Of a stretch of 64,000 nt of DNA, positions 9,924-19,569 are shown in pieces. The notes under the pieces were generated by a model. The model did not search any database, was not told the origin of the DNA, and was given only the letters and a program-made list of their open reading frames with translations. Each line of letters starts with the position of its first letter. Positions within the stretch are counted from its first letter, which is position 1. The translations under genes were made by a program, and so were the position numbers. Where the stretch lies: contig CAYVPJ010000014.1 in NCBI GenBank assembly GCA_964453505.1, positions 240 to 64,239 of the forward strand, given 5' to 3'. The DNA is from an uncultured Oscillospiraceae bacterium. GTDB taxonomy: Bacteria; Bacillota; Clostridia; Christensenellales; Aristaeellaceae.

Positions 9924-10487
9924 ATGACACGTCAGCCGGGCGCATCGGGAACAAAACTGAAGAACGCGGCCTACGCGGTGGGGCGGCTCAAAAAGAGCTG
10001 GCAGCTTTACGTGCTGCTCGCGCCCACAATGATATATCTGATATTGTTCAACTACGCGCCCATGTACGGGCTGCAAATCGCGTTCCGCGATTTCGGCGCG
10101 AAACTCGGCGTGACGGGCAGCCCGTGGATGGGGCTAAAGCACTTCATATACTTTCTAACGTCGCCCCAGTTTTCCGAATTGATACCCAACACAATTAAAA
10201 TCAGCCTGCTCTCGCTTGTGTGGTCGTTCCCGCTGCCCATACTGCTGGCGCTGATGATAAACGAAATCAAAAACCGCCGCTTCCTGACGAAAGGCGCAGC
10301 CGGCACCAAGAGCTTGAGTTTCATCATTCGCGATTTGGCGGTCATGTCCACGCGCACGCAATTCTCCCGCGCGAACACTGTGGGCGTTGTTCAGATCATT
10401 GTGGGAATGATGTTGATTTTTGTGGTGAACCTTATATTCAGAATCGATGTTTACAACATTCGCGCCAAGAGGAGGGGAAAACCGTGA
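9924..10487 (+). pseudogene. LplB-type sugar ABC permease with in-frame internal deletion (about 187 aa versus about 316 aa in the paralogs)
   Basis: The N-terminus aligns with the 4142 and 14848 paralogs (WQLYVLLAPTMIYLILFNYAPMYGLQIAFRDF ... LALMINEIKNRRF). It then jumps to the C-terminal element TQFSRANTVGVVQIIVGMMLIFVVN (compare MQFSYSTAIGLFQSLVSLCLLTIVN). The EAA loop and central TM helices are missing. Confidence 0.6.
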
Positions 10488-11320
10488 GCGGCGTGCGTTT
10501 GTACAGTCGGGGACAGATCGTGTTCAGCTATGCCGTGACGGCGTTTGTGCTTGCCTTTTCGCTCTTTCCCATAAGCTGGGTGCTCCTATCGTCGCTAAAG
10601 GCCGACCCAATGGCGCTTCCGGGTTTCATGCTGCCGGATCGCCTGTGTTTCGACGGATACGTCACGCTTTTTCGGGACATGGGAATCATGCGTTACTTCG
10701 GAAACAGTCTGACGGTTGCGACGCTGTCGGTGCTGGCGAGCATTTCGATGATCACGATGTCCGCTTATGTAGTGGCGCGAATACCGTTCGGGGCAAAGGG
10801 ACTGATCACCGTGCTTATGACGTCAACTCTTTTTATTCCCGCGACGGCGATGACTTATCCTGTGTACAAGGTTGTGCGCGACCTAGGTTTATACAATGAG
10901 CACGCCGGGCTGATACTGATTTATGCGTGCGGCGGCATCGCCGTCAGCTTTTTCGTGATCAGAAGTTATTTCACTACGATACCCGTCGAACTGGAAAACG
11001 CCGCGATGATCGACGGCTGCGGAATGGCTCGCACATTCTGGCATATAATGCTGCCCATCGCCATGCCGGGCATACTGACGGCGGCCGTGCTCGCTTTCCT
11101 CGGCAATTGGAATGAATACTATTGGTCGTCACTTATACTTATCGATCCCGATAAACTGACAGTACCCGCGCTACTTTCTAACTTCACGACCAGTTTCGAA
11201 ACCAACTATAACGGCCTGTTCTCAGCGATCATAATCACTATTCTCCCGCCGATTCTGCTCTATTGCTGCTGTTCACGTTTCTTCATAAAGGCGCTGTCGG
11301 GAGGAGCGATAAAAGGCTGA
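10484..11320 (+). CDS. Carbohydrate ABC transporter permease, MalG-like
   Basis: GTG start overlaps the upstream stop (GTGA) and sits 6 nt after GGAGGGG. EAA loop LENAAMIDGCGMARTFWHIMLPIA. The ORF-track extension back to 10220 is Arg/His-rich and rejected. Confidence 0.85.
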   Translation: MSGVRLYSRGQIVFSYAVTAFVLAFSLFPISWVLLSSLKADPMALPGFMLPDRLCFDGYVTLFRDMGIMRYFGNSLTVATLSVLASISMITMSAYVVARIPFGAKGLITVLMTSTLFIPATAMTYPVYKVVRDLGLYNEHAGLILIYACGGIAVSFFVIRSYFTTIPVELENAAMIDGCGMARTFWHIMLPIAMPGILTAAVLAFLGNWNEYYWSSLILIDPDKLTVPALLSNFTTSFETNYNGLFSAIIITILPPILLYCCCSRFFIKALSGGAIKG

Positions 11321-11497
11321 ACAGCGAGCGGAACGCCCGCGGCGTTGCCTGTTTGAGAAATGAAAAACTCAGCGACTGACCCGCGATGGCGAGAGGCAAT
11401 TCGATTTCAATCTTCGGCTGCTCTAAGAACACATAAGCAACGTTTTCGCTGCTTTCATTGTTGCCTGCAAATATTACTATTGGATTTTCTGCTCATA

Positions 11498-11566
11498 ACG
11501 AAAAATTCGCGCTGACTTGCGGCTGGTATCCAGTTATTACCAACCCATACGCAAGTCAAGCGCGAA
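11498..11566 (-). terminator. Terminator of the minus-strand ABC operon (long stem, large loop)
   Basis: On the minus strand: TTCGCGCTTGACTTGCG, 28-nt loop, CGCAAGTCAGCGCGAA, then TTTTTCGTT. It starts 30 nt after the stop at 11596. Confidence 0.65.
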
Positions 11567-11595
11567 CATATTCGGTTATGAATGACCGTCAGGCG

Positions 11596-12963
11596 TTACT
11601 TAACGAAAGCAGTGCCCCATACGGCGGATTCTACGGTATACGTGTCCGTGAGCGCGGCGTTCGCCTCGGCGACATATATGAGCGAAAGCGCGTATGTGGA
11701 CGGGTCGAGAGTCGCGTTTATAACGTTGCCGTTGGACTGAGTGAGCGAGAGCGCGTAATTCGCGAAGCCCCATGTGCCCTTTTCGGTCAGACCATAGGAT
11801 TCGAACTTAAATTCGTATGTAAAATCGTCGTAAAACGCGATCGTCGTGAATCCGCCCGCCACTTCCAGCAGCATTTCGGGCGCGGGCGCTTCCGCCTGCC
11901 CGATTTGCAGAGACACATTGATCGCGCCTATCTGCGTTTTGTCACACGCGTAGTCAAGCAAGAGCGCCATCTTCTCGGGGTCGACACGCGCGGTCAAATC
12001 TCCGGCGTTATCGAAGTCGAACGACACGGAGTAATCGGCGTTCATAACGTACTCGCCCGCGTCGAGCGCCGCGCTGTTGCCGAACAGCTCCGCGAGCAGC
12101 TCGCACGAACCGTCGTCGTACATGTTTAGCGCAGCCTGCGCGTCGATGCCGTATGCGTCTATATGGAACTCTCCCAAGCCCACATATGCCAAGTTAGGAC
12201 CGAGCGCTTCGGTGTTCGTCATCTGCCAAACGTCGCCCTCATCGGACGTGTACACCGCCGTCAGCCTGTCGGCGGAAACGCCGAGCACCGCGCCCACGTC
12301 GCCCTCAAGGTCGGGCGAAAGCGTATAATCGTAGCCGCCGTCGTCGCGCGCCGCCATGGACCACTTGCCCTCCACGATGAAGCTCATCAAATCGACGTAT
12401 GTCATGTTGTGCGAAAGCTGCACTGTGCAAGTATCGTCGTCGTCGGCGACGAACGACAGGTAGTTCACGCCAAGCTCGCCGTCATAGGCGCTTTGCAGCT
12501 TGCGGTCAGCGTCGAGCGAGTATATGACGGGACCTGACGACGTGCCCTTCACAACGTCCATGTCGTTGTACATATACGTTCCGTCAAACGCGCACTCGTC
12601 CAGAACGTTGCCCGCGAAATCGTAGAACGTGATTGTGTAGGGCGCGACCCCCGTCAGCTTCTCGGCGCTCGCCTCGATCGCCTTGCGGTTCTCGAACACT
12701 GTATAAGCGCATTCCTTTTCCTCCACCGTATACGTGCCCGCGAAACAGGTTTGGTTGTTTACGAACCCCGCGTAGAACACGCTGCCCAGCACAGGCGCTT
12801 CGGGGTAGAAATGGAAGTAGTGATTGAAGTCGCCGTAGCCCTCGGCGGTGAACGAGTAGCTTATGTACTTATCCGCGAGAGACATACCTTCCGCGCAAAC
12901 GGCGCAGCCCGCCAGCAGCGTGAATGTGAGTACGAATGCGATGAGCTTCTTCATGATGTTCAT
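11596..12963 (-). CDS. Lipoprotein of unknown function, last gene of the ABC operon
   Basis: Signal peptide with canonical lipobox MKKLIAFVLTFTLLAGC. Asp/Gly/Tyr-rich beta-type sequence. No motif I can assign to a family. Confidence 0.75.
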   Translation of the reverse strand: MNIMKKLIAFVLTFTLLAGCAVCAEGMSLADKYISYSFTAEGYGDFNHYFHFYPEAPVLGSVFYAGFVNNQTCFAGTYTVEEKECAYTVFENRKAIEASAEKLTGVAPYTITFYDFAGNVLDECAFDGTYMYNDMDVVKGTSSGPVIYSLDADRKLQSAYDGELGVNYLSFVADDDDTCTVQLSHNMTYVDLMSFIVEGKWSMAARDDGGYDYTLSPDLEGDVGAVLGVSADRLTAVYTSDEGDVWQMTNTEALGPNLAYVGLGEFHIDAYGIDAQAALNMYDDGSCELLAELFGNSAALDAGEYVMNADYSVSFDFDNAGDLTARVDPEKMALLLDYACDKTQIGAINVSLQIGQAEAPAPEMLLEVAGGFTTIAFYDDFTYEFKFESYGLTEKGTWGFANYALSLTQSNGNVINATLDPSTYALSLIYVAEANAALTDTYTVESAVWGTAFVK

Positions 12964-12988
12964 TCCTTTCTATATATCCTATCGGGCG

Positions 12989-13885
12989 CTATTCTTTGAC
13001 CGCGCCCAATAAAGTACCCTGTTGCAGCTTCCGCTGAAAGAATGGCATAGCGATGAGTATAGGTATGGTAGCGCCTATTATCACTGCGTACTGAATGAGG
13101 TATCGGTCATAATCGGGATTGGTGTAATTCAGAAATTCCTCGTTTCCGGCCATAAGCTGCTTCACGAAAAGCTGGAGCGGCCACAGTTCGCGCTTGCCGG
13201 TCACATATATTGACGCCTCGAACCACGAGTTCCATGAGAGTATCGCGGTATTTATGATGGCGACCATTCCGAATGTCATAGCCTGCGGCAGCATTATTCG
13301 GAACATAAGCCTAAAATGACCCGCGCCGTCTATGCAGGCCGCCTCGACAGTGGATTCAGGAACCATTGCGAACGCGTTCATCATAAGCACAACGAACATC
13401 GCGTTCGTGCAGCCCGGCAGTATGAGCGACCAAACAGTGTTTGTCATGCCAAGCGAGCGTATCACCATATATGTGGGCACTACGCCGCCCGAAAACATCA
13501 TCGTGAGCAGTAAAAACAGCGTGAGAGGCCGTTTTAGCTTAGTGGGACGGCTAAGCACATACCCGCCCAGCACGTTTATCACAAGCCCGAAGCACACGTT
13601 GCCCGCGACGTATATAAACGTGTTTGCGTACCCGCGCAGTATGCTTGCATCGGCGAACAGGTATCTATAACCGCCGATGTTGAAGTCGCCCAACCATTTC
13701 CACACAATGCCCTCGTGCGCCATAAGCAACATGCCGTCGGAGAACGCGCTCATAAGCGTGTGCCACACGGGCATGATGCATATGAACATGCAGGCGAACG
13801 TGAACAGATATATAAGCAGGTCGGCCGCGCGGCCGGAGAGCGTGGGCTTGTCTACCATGCGCCCGCCGTATTTTTGTTTTATCAT
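12989..13885 (-). CDS. Carbohydrate ABC transporter permease, LplC-like
   Basis: EAA loop TVEAACIDGAGHFRLMFRIMLPQA. C-terminal LLGAVKE. Confidence 0.9.
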   Translation of the reverse strand: MIKQKYGGRMVDKPTLSGRAADLLIYLFTFACMFICIMPVWHTLMSAFSDGMLLMAHEGIVWKWLGDFNIGGYRYLFADASILRGYANTFIYVAGNVCFGLVINVLGGYVLSRPTKLKRPLTLFLLLTMMFSGGVVPTYMVIRSLGMTNTVWSLILPGCTNAMFVVLMMNAFAMVPESTVEAACIDGAGHFRLMFRIMLPQAMTFGMVAIINTAILSWNSWFEASIYVTGKRELWPLQLFVKQLMAGNEEFLNYTNPDYDRYLIQYAVIIGATIPILIAMPFFQRKLQQGTLLGAVKE

Positions 13886-13897
13886 ATGGCGCTCCCC

Positions 13898-14848
13898 CTA
13901 AAACAACGCGTTCGCGCTCGCCCGCCTGTTGAGCGAGTTGGACGTAATGAGCAGTATCGTCGCGATAACCGACTGGAACAGCCCGCTTGCCGTCGCCAGC
14001 CCGTAGTTGGTTGTGTTTCCGAATGCGGCGCGGTAGGTGTATGTGTGCAGGCAGTCCGCAACGTCGTATGTCGAGGGCATGTATAATAGTAGAACCATGT
14101 CATAGCCCGTCCGAAACGCCATGCCCACGGCTATCGTGAACATCATTACAACAATCGGCATTATGCACGGAAACGTTATCTTCCACAGCCTTTGCCAGCG
14201 GTTAGCGCCGTCTATGACGGCCGCCTCGTACAGATCGCCGCTTATAGAGGCAATGGCGGCTATGTATATAATCGCGCCCTGCCCCGCGCCGCGCCATATG
14301 TCGATAGAGCACCAAATAACCCAAAACACGGGCGGGCGCGCGTTGGCGAGCCAGTTTTGCTTATCGCAGCCCAGAACCGTGAGCAGCTTCGTTATGCCGC
14401 CGGACGTGCCCAGAAACTCCTGCGCCAGAGAGCACACGACCACGGTAGATACAAAATACGGCATGTACGTTATCGTCTGCACGGCTCGCGAATAGCGGCG
14501 CGAACGAAGCTGCGACACTATCATCGCCAATATTACAGGCGCGGCGAACGAGAACGTTATTTTGAACGCGCACATGATGAACGTGTTGCGCAGCGCCAAC
14601 GTGAACGTATCGCCTGTGAAAAGCTCGGCGAAGTTTCCGAAGCCCAGCCATTCGCTTGCCAAAAACCCCTTCGCGAACGAATAGCGCTGAAACGACATGA
14701 CAATGCCGAACATGGGCACATAATGGAATATTATGAAGAACGCCGCAACAGGCAGGAAGATCAGATACAGCGCGCCGTTTTTGCGCATGTCTTCACGCCA
14801 CGAAATCTTCCGTTCGCGCGCTCCGAGTGCCTTTGCGTTTGCGAGCAT
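13898..14848 (-). CDS. Sugar ABC transporter permease, LplB-like
   Basis: EAA loop LYEAAVIDGANRWQRLWKITFPCI. C-terminal YGLATASGLFQSVIATILLITSN. Confidence 0.9.
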   Translation of the reverse strand: MLANAKALGARERKISWREDMRKNGALYLIFLPVAAFFIIFHYVPMFGIVMSFQRYSFAKGFLASEWLGFGNFAELFTGDTFTLALRNTFIMCAFKITFSFAAPVILAMIVSQLRSRRYSRAVQTITYMPYFVSTVVVCSLAQEFLGTSGGITKLLTVLGCDKQNWLANARPPVFWVIWCSIDIWRGAGQGAIIYIAAIASISGDLYEAAVIDGANRWQRLWKITFPCIMPIVVMMFTIAVGMAFRTGYDMVLLLYMPSTYDVADCLHTYTYRAAFGNTTNYGLATASGLFQSVIATILLITSNSLNRRASANALF

Positions 14849-14864
14849 ATCGTTACCGCCTCCG

Positions 14865-16715
14865 TCAGTCGCCGTAAACCAGCGATATAATGCGGGCGTA
14901 TATTTCGGTCACGTTATCGGGACGATACTTGTTCACGGACTTACAGAACTTCTCCCAGTCGCCGTCGTCCGTCACGTCAAGCTGTCCCTTCACGAACTTG
15001 GGTATGTTCACGCTTAGAAACGTGGTGAGGTAGTTGTATGTTTTGTTGTACACCGCCGACTCCTCGGCGGTCATCTGCGAAACCGCCACGGTCATTATGA
15101 AGCCCGTGTTTTCATAAGCCGACCACTCGCTTATGGCGTGCTTGAGCACTTTGGATTCGCCTCTGTCAAGCACGAAACCGTAACCGTAGCCGAACCAGCG
15201 GTTGTTGATGCACGCGTTTCTAAGGTATATATCTTCCTTGAGCTGCGGGCAGTACACGAGCATGTGCGAACCGTCCGATTCTATGACCGACTCAAACGCG
15301 TTACTTATGCCGAAGCGCTCATACAGGGACGGGTCGGGAATCTGCCCAAGCTGCTCGGCGTTCAGTCCGCTGCCGACGAGCGAACCTTCGAGCGTGTACA
15401 TCCAATCGAGCATCTCAAGCAGCGTGGGCAGGTCGTCCGAATCGGTCGAAGAGGTGATTATATGAGACGAATTGATTCGCGAAAACGCGTACAGCGAATC
15501 AGGCGCTTTCATTTTCTGCTCCTCGCCGCCGTACAGATCGTTTATCGGCAGGCGCGCGGGGAACGCCATTATACCCTTAGTATACTCCGTGCCCGAATCC
15601 ATGCCTCCGGCGGCCTCGGCCTGCCGTCCCTGCCACATGCCAACCTTGCCCATGTGCGTGACGGAAGTGTTCACGGCGTAGAACATATCTGTGGCGTGCT
15701 GGTCGAAGCCGGTGTCGAGCCAACCGCGGTCGTACCACTCGGACATGCACTCGATATAGGCGCGCATGTTGTCGCCGGTAGCGCCGAAGCCGGCATTGCC
15801 CTCGCGCGAGCGGTACCACTCGGCTGTGCCGCCGCCGAACGACGATATGAGATCGCCTGTTCCCACATAGCCTAAACCGCACAGCGCGAACGCGTAGCCG
15901 TCGTCAATGCCCAAATCGTACAGAGCGTCGGCGAATATACTGAGCATCCACTCCCAGTCGCTTATATACACGGGGTCTGTGCCGCCCGACGGGAAAATAA
16001 CGTTGTCGGTATACGTGTTATCGGGATCGTCGCCGTAATCGGCCGCGAACGCCTCGCAGTCGTGCGCTTTCCAGCCCGTCCAATCGTCCTGCGCATACGC
16101 CTGAGCATACGAAGGATACAGCGGGCGGCCTGTTGTTTTAACCTGTTCGCTGTCCGCGTCCCACACATATTCGGGGCATTCGCCGTATTCAACTATCCAG
16201 TCGCGGCGGTACAGGAAGCCCTCGAACGGGTCGGAGGGGTTGTCCGCCATCGAGCACAGTTTCAGATATTTCCATTCGCCGTCAACATATGTTTGCGCCT
16301 GATGCTTATACTCGGGGTGAGCGTCGAGCCACGCCAGATAGTTGGGCATGTACTCCTCGACATACTCAGTGAGGTCGAGCGCTATGCTCTCTTTATACAG
16401 TTCCTCGACTGACGAGTCGCAGTAGGCTATGTTCATCATGTCGCAATACTCGCCCGTGGACAGGTACGTGTTGAAGTTGTTCTTTTCCTCGCCTGATATA
16501 GGCACGAAAAACTCAAAATCTACTTTACGGCCCGTGCTCCACTCGATAGACTCCAGATATTGCATGACGGGGTTTTGGTCGTAACTTGCGTAGTATACGG
16601 AATCCTCGCCCTTGGGAATCCACACGGAAAACCCGACCGTGTCGGAATCGGCCAGCGCGCCGTATCCGCCTACGAGCATCGAAAGCGCAAGTATACACGC
16701 GATCAATCTTTTCAT
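14865..16715 (-). CDS. Extracellular solute-binding protein, large CUT1 type (about 616 aa)
   Basis: ATG at 16715 lies 10 nt after GGGAGG. Signal peptide MKRLIACILALSMLVGGYGALA. First gene of the SBP-permease-permease operon. Confidence 0.9.
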   Translation of the reverse strand: MKRLIACILALSMLVGGYGALADSDTVGFSVWIPKGEDSVYYASYDQNPVMQYLESIEWSTGRKVDFEFFVPISGEEKNNFNTYLSTGEYCDMMNIAYCDSSVEELYKESIALDLTEYVEEYMPNYLAWLDAHPEYKHQAQTYVDGEWKYLKLCSMADNPSDPFEGFLYRRDWIVEYGECPEYVWDADSEQVKTTGRPLYPSYAQAYAQDDWTGWKAHDCEAFAADYGDDPDNTYTDNVIFPSGGTDPVYISDWEWMLSIFADALYDLGIDDGYAFALCGLGYVGTGDLISSFGGGTAEWYRSREGNAGFGATGDNMRAYIECMSEWYDRGWLDTGFDQHATDMFYAVNTSVTHMGKVGMWQGRQAEAAGGMDSGTEYTKGIMAFPARLPINDLYGGEEQKMKAPDSLYAFSRINSSHIITSSTDSDDLPTLLEMLDWMYTLEGSLVGSGLNAEQLGQIPDPSLYERFGISNAFESVIESDGSHMLVYCPQLKEDIYLRNACINNRWFGYGYGFVLDRGESKVLKHAISEWSAYENTGFIMTVAVSQMTAEESAVYNKTYNYLTTFLSVNIPKFVKGQLDVTDDGDWEKFCKSVNKYRPDNVTEIYARIISLVYGD

Positions 16716-16876
16716 ATAGGATTCGCCTCCCAATTTATATTGACTGAATTTATGACCTATGTTCAGTATACAGCAAATCTCTTATCCGAAAATATGAAAA
16801 CGCCGATATTAGTTGCATAAAAACGTATGTTTTGGTATAATCATATACACAAAACGCTTGCAATGAGGTGCGATAT

Positions 16877-17662
16877 ATGAAAAAATACGATATAATCCGC
16901 GAAGCGCGCAACCGCGACGGCTCGTACAAGATAGTTAGGCTACGCACGAACGACTCCGGTCCGGACGACATGCACGCCGCGATAGAGCTGTACCACCTGT
17001 TCATGAATCAGTACATGGACATAGTGCGCGCAGGCGACGAAACGGCGCTTATGCGGCTGTTCAGTGAAAACAGCTTCATATTGATAGACTATATGGGCGA
17101 TATGGCGCAGGACAGGCATATAGACGCTTTGTTCTCGATAGCGTGGGGAATGCAGGCGGCGATGGAGGGCGGATTGGACCCGATAACCGCGTACAAAATG
17201 CGCAACGAACAGTTGTCGCGGTTGGGAGAGCTCACGGGTTATCACGAAATAATGACGTATGTGGGCGAGATAATGCTGTCGTACTGCCGCGCCAGCGCGC
17301 GGGCGAAGAACGGCGACGCGCCGGAGGGCTTGGTGCGCCGCGTGGCGAGGGTGATTTCGCGCAACGCGTATGTAAAGATAACGCCAACCATCGTCGCCAA
17401 CGCGCTGGGCATGAACGCGGAGTACGTGTCGCGCAGGTATAAGGCGCTCACGGGCAGGACGATAAAGCAGGCGAGCCTCGAGTATAAAATACTGATAGCC
17501 CGCCGCGAATTGCGAGACACTCGCAAGACGATAGACGATATAGCCACCCTTCTCGCGTTCTCGTCAGCGAGCCACTTCCACAGGGAGTTTACGAAGCGGA
17601 CGGGCGCGACGCCGGGCGAGTTCCGAAAAAGGCTATTGCAAAATAAAATCGATAAGGAGTGA
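16877..17662 (+). CDS. Soluble AraC-family transcriptional regulator
   Basis: ATG at 16877 lies 6 nt after GAGGTG. C-terminal HTH IDDIATLLAFSSASHFHREFTKRTGATPGEFRK. Divergent from the SBP operon. Confidence 0.85.
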   Translation: MKKYDIIREARNRDGSYKIVRLRTNDSGPDDMHAAIELYHLFMNQYMDIVRAGDETALMRLFSENSFILIDYMGDMAQDRHIDALFSIAWGMQAAMEGGLDPITAYKMRNEQLSRLGELTGYHEIMTYVGEIMLSYCRASARAKNGDAPEGLVRRVARVISRNAYVKITPTIVANALGMNAEYVSRRYKALTGRTIKQASLEYKILIARRELRDTRKTIDDIATLLAFSSASHFHREFTKRTGATPGEFRKRLLQNKIDKE

Positions 17663-17667
17663 CCGAG

Positions 17668-19251
17668 ATGAACCGCGCGATCGACACGCAAGAATTTGGC
17701 AGGCTGGAGCTTAAAACGCTGCCGCTGCCCTGCGAGGCGAAGGGGCTGTTCGCCACGTACCTGTGCAACGGGCAGGTAATGATAATGTACAAGCTGGAGG
17801 GCGACCCCGAAACGCGCGACTTCACGCGCATTGCAACGCTCGAGGACGACGGAAGCAATTTCCGCGAGATATTCGCGGGCGAGATAAAGGTCGTCAAGTC
17901 CTCGAACGGCATGAGGCTTATGCCGCTGCGCGACAATAAGCGCGTTCTCATGGGCGATTACATGCTTGAATGCGAGCCTGACATACGCGAATGCGCGAGC
18001 GTGAAGATCGTGCCGATTGTATACCCATGGGGAATTGTGAACAGAGATGACATATGGTGTCACTGGTCCGAAATAATCGCGTCGCCGGACGGCGCGCATA
18101 TATGCTGGACAATGCTGTATAAAAGAATGTCGTGCGACGTTATCGTGGGGCGGCTCAAGCGCGGCGAGAACGAATACATAATCGAAAAAACGCAGGTCAT
18201 TTCGTCTATGCAAAATTTCGTGCCCGACCCCGCCAACGAAGGCTGTGTGCGCCCCGTGCCTATGCGCGGCGGCGAGGTGAAACAGTTTGTGTACGGCGGA
18301 ACGGCAATATCGCAGGTGGGCGCGGGCGAAATGTCGGCGCTGCCCGAATCGACCGTGCAAAAACTGGATTCGGACGAGTGCGTGCAGATAACCCGCCAGC
18401 CCGGATATGAGGAGACGACAATGTTCTCGCCCGATGAGAAGCTGGGTTTGGTTATGAGTACGCGCGCGTCCAAGCGCACGAATCTGGCGATACTCGGCCT
18501 GCTGCCGCGCCCGTTCGCGAGCCATGTGCTCAGCATGATATACAACAACATATACATGTACTGCATCGCCGGCTCGCGCTTTTTCCGCAAGGGAAACGTG
18601 GGACCGGTGCTGATAGACATCGAGAAATCGATGAAGCAAGACGGATACATGGGCGCGACGCTGAACGACCCCGACGAAGAATGGGTGTACCATTCGCCGA
18701 TGAGCTGGCATCCGCACGGCAACAGGGCAATGTGGATGGAGCGCAAGCGCACAGGCGGCGAGCCGAGGGCGCGCATAGTGATATTGAAAGACCGTCCGCC
18801 GCAGCCCGACGTGCCCGCGAAGGACACGCCCGACGACATTCCCTACGCTGTGGAATCGCCGGAGCTGCTCGCAAACAACGGGCTGCGCGGCGGGCGCATA
18901 ATAGGCAGGCATTCGGGCGAGTGCGAAATAAAGTCGGAGTGGCGCTCGGAGGGCGGTCTGTCGGGTGAATCGCGCATAGAATTCAGCGATTTCTCAGACG
19001 ACGGCAGCGGCTGTTACACGGGCTTCGAGAGCGTGTCGCAGAGCGCGAACGGTGAGGTGCGGTATGTGGCGAACCTAGTTCTCGCGGGCGAGAGGGCGGG
19101 CAAGATGGATATGAAGCTGGTGTTCCGCTCGGGAAGCTACGCGCGCCCGCCGCGCATATGCTTCGATCCCGACGAGACTGGCGCGCCCGCCTCGCGCGGG
19201 TACGCTGAATATAACGGACAGCGTATAGACATGAGCGAATATTCCGAATAA
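17668..19251 (+). CDS. Hypothetical cytoplasmic protein, possibly a TolB/PD40-like beta-propeller
   Basis: ATG lies 8 nt after AAGGAG, which overlaps the regulator stop. Contains SPDG-type motifs (IIASPDGAHICW, MFSPDEKLGLVM). No signal peptide. Function not assignable. Confidence 0.65.
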   Translation: MNRAIDTQEFGRLELKTLPLPCEAKGLFATYLCNGQVMIMYKLEGDPETRDFTRIATLEDDGSNFREIFAGEIKVVKSSNGMRLMPLRDNKRVLMGDYMLECEPDIRECASVKIVPIVYPWGIVNRDDIWCHWSEIIASPDGAHICWTMLYKRMSCDVIVGRLKRGENEYIIEKTQVISSMQNFVPDPANEGCVRPVPMRGGEVKQFVYGGTAISQVGAGEMSALPESTVQKLDSDECVQITRQPGYEETTMFSPDEKLGLVMSTRASKRTNLAILGLLPRPFASHVLSMIYNNIYMYCIAGSRFFRKGNVGPVLIDIEKSMKQDGYMGATLNDPDEEWVYHSPMSWHPHGNRAMWMERKRTGGEPRARIVILKDRPPQPDVPAKDTPDDIPYAVESPELLANNGLRGGRIIGRHSGECEIKSEWRSEGGLSGESRIEFSDFSDDGSGCYTGFESVSQSANGEVRYVANLVLAGERAGKMDMKLVFRSGSYARPPRICFDPDETGAPASRGYAEYNGQRIDMSEYSE

Positions 19252-19257
19252 ACCAAA

Positions 19258-19296
19258 GCGGGAGCTTGCGAAACACCACGTTCCGCAAGCTCCCGC
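19258..19296. terminator. 13-bp perfect hairpin between convergent genes
   Basis: GCGGGAGCTTGCG, 13-nt loop, CGCAAGCTCCCGC, starting 7 nt after the stop at 19251. No clean U-tract on the plus strand; TTTGGTT follows on the minus strand. Confidence 0.6.
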
Positions 19297-19569
19297 AATA
19301 TGATGCCTGTCAAACCCAATCCTGCCATGTGAGGGTGAACCGATTCCTGAGCGGGTCGATTCACACAAGCGATTACAGGTTTTATAGCGTTTCTCCCGCG
19401 TCCTGTCAAGGCGGGCGTTGAGAGAAGTTCTCGACCAATCATGCGCCGCGAAACCTGACGGAATACATGATCGCCTGTTCCGCGCAGACAGCGACCAGTT
19501 GCGTTTCGCAGCTTTCAGTTTCTTCGTAAGCTCACGCATCGCAAGCTGATATATCGGGAAGCAACAGCG

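Noticed and set aside
10220-10483. 5' extensions of ORFs in the track (10220..10483, 23206..23337, 47971..48096, 32956..32976, 53670..53732, 55976..56017, 58183..58281, 61745..61780, 63136..63213).
   Set aside because: Internal start codons are preceded by strong GGAGG-type RBSs and/or overlap the upstream stop codon. The extensions overlap neighbouring genes or encode Arg-rich nonsense.
19297-19569. About 270-nt non-coding spacer between convergent genes. Its minus-strand reading (MRELTKKLKAAKRNWSLSARN..., GRELLSTPALTGRGRNA...) loosely recalled a group II intron maturase C-terminus.
   Set aside because: The similarities are short, lie in different frames over the same nucleotides, and are in an order inconsistent with real maturases. 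No domain V/VI-like RNA structure and no RT domain is nearby. A decayed gene remnant remains possible but unsupported.
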